Origin: Lingula anatina
Taxonomy: Eukaryota > Animalia > Brachiopoda
NCBI GenBank assembly: GCA_051362555.1
Contig: CM120642.1
Location: forward strand, 16,368,001 to 16,432,000
Direction: 5' to 3'
Length of the DNA stretch: 64,000 nt
Under the pieces are notes generated by a model. It made no database searches, was not told where the DNA came from, and saw only the letters and a program-made list of their open reading frames with translations. Positions 63,883 to 64,000 of this stretch are shown one piece after another; position 1 is the first letter of the stretch; the number at the start of each line of letters is the position of its first letter. The translations under genes and the position numbers were made by a program.

Positions 63883-64000
63883 CTGTATTTATATACAAAC
63901 ATCTCATCATCATAGCACTCGGAATCATTGCCACCTGTTTACAACTTGTCTCAGGTTACAGATAATTGGAATGGTGTTTGAAATAACCACTGACCTACAA

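Overview
AT-rich, intron-containing metazoan DNA, probably an invertebrate; the repeat types suggest a mollusc-like lophotrochozoan (inference). Conserved genes flank the window: a PDZ-domain gene (STXBP4-like, - strand, running off the left edge) head-to-head with UBL3 (+) across a short bidirectional promoter, and the 3' half of IK/RED (- strand) at the right. Between them is an accessory region, all on the - strand. It holds an intronless DXD (GT32/Caps_synth-like) glycosyltransferase, a guanylate-binding protein gene with a U12-type intron and upstream NF-kB-like sites, a stand-alone NHL-repeat gene, a TATA-driven multi-exon apparently non-coding unit built from tandem repeats (including seven 132-bp intron+micro-exon units), and a truncated, internally deleted MOV10 pseudogene. 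One non-autonomous Helentron (HINE/DINE-1-like) family with ~161-bp monomers dominates 24-58 kb. One complete copy sits upstream of the GBP coding exons. Three 3' termini and three 5' termini on the - strand pair up like Russian dolls; the outermost pair (32741-58414, ~25.7 kb) encloses ~15.5 kb of cargo containing the repeat-RNA unit and the MOV10 fragment. All gene models were assembled by eye from splice signals and reading-frame continuity; no database searches were run.
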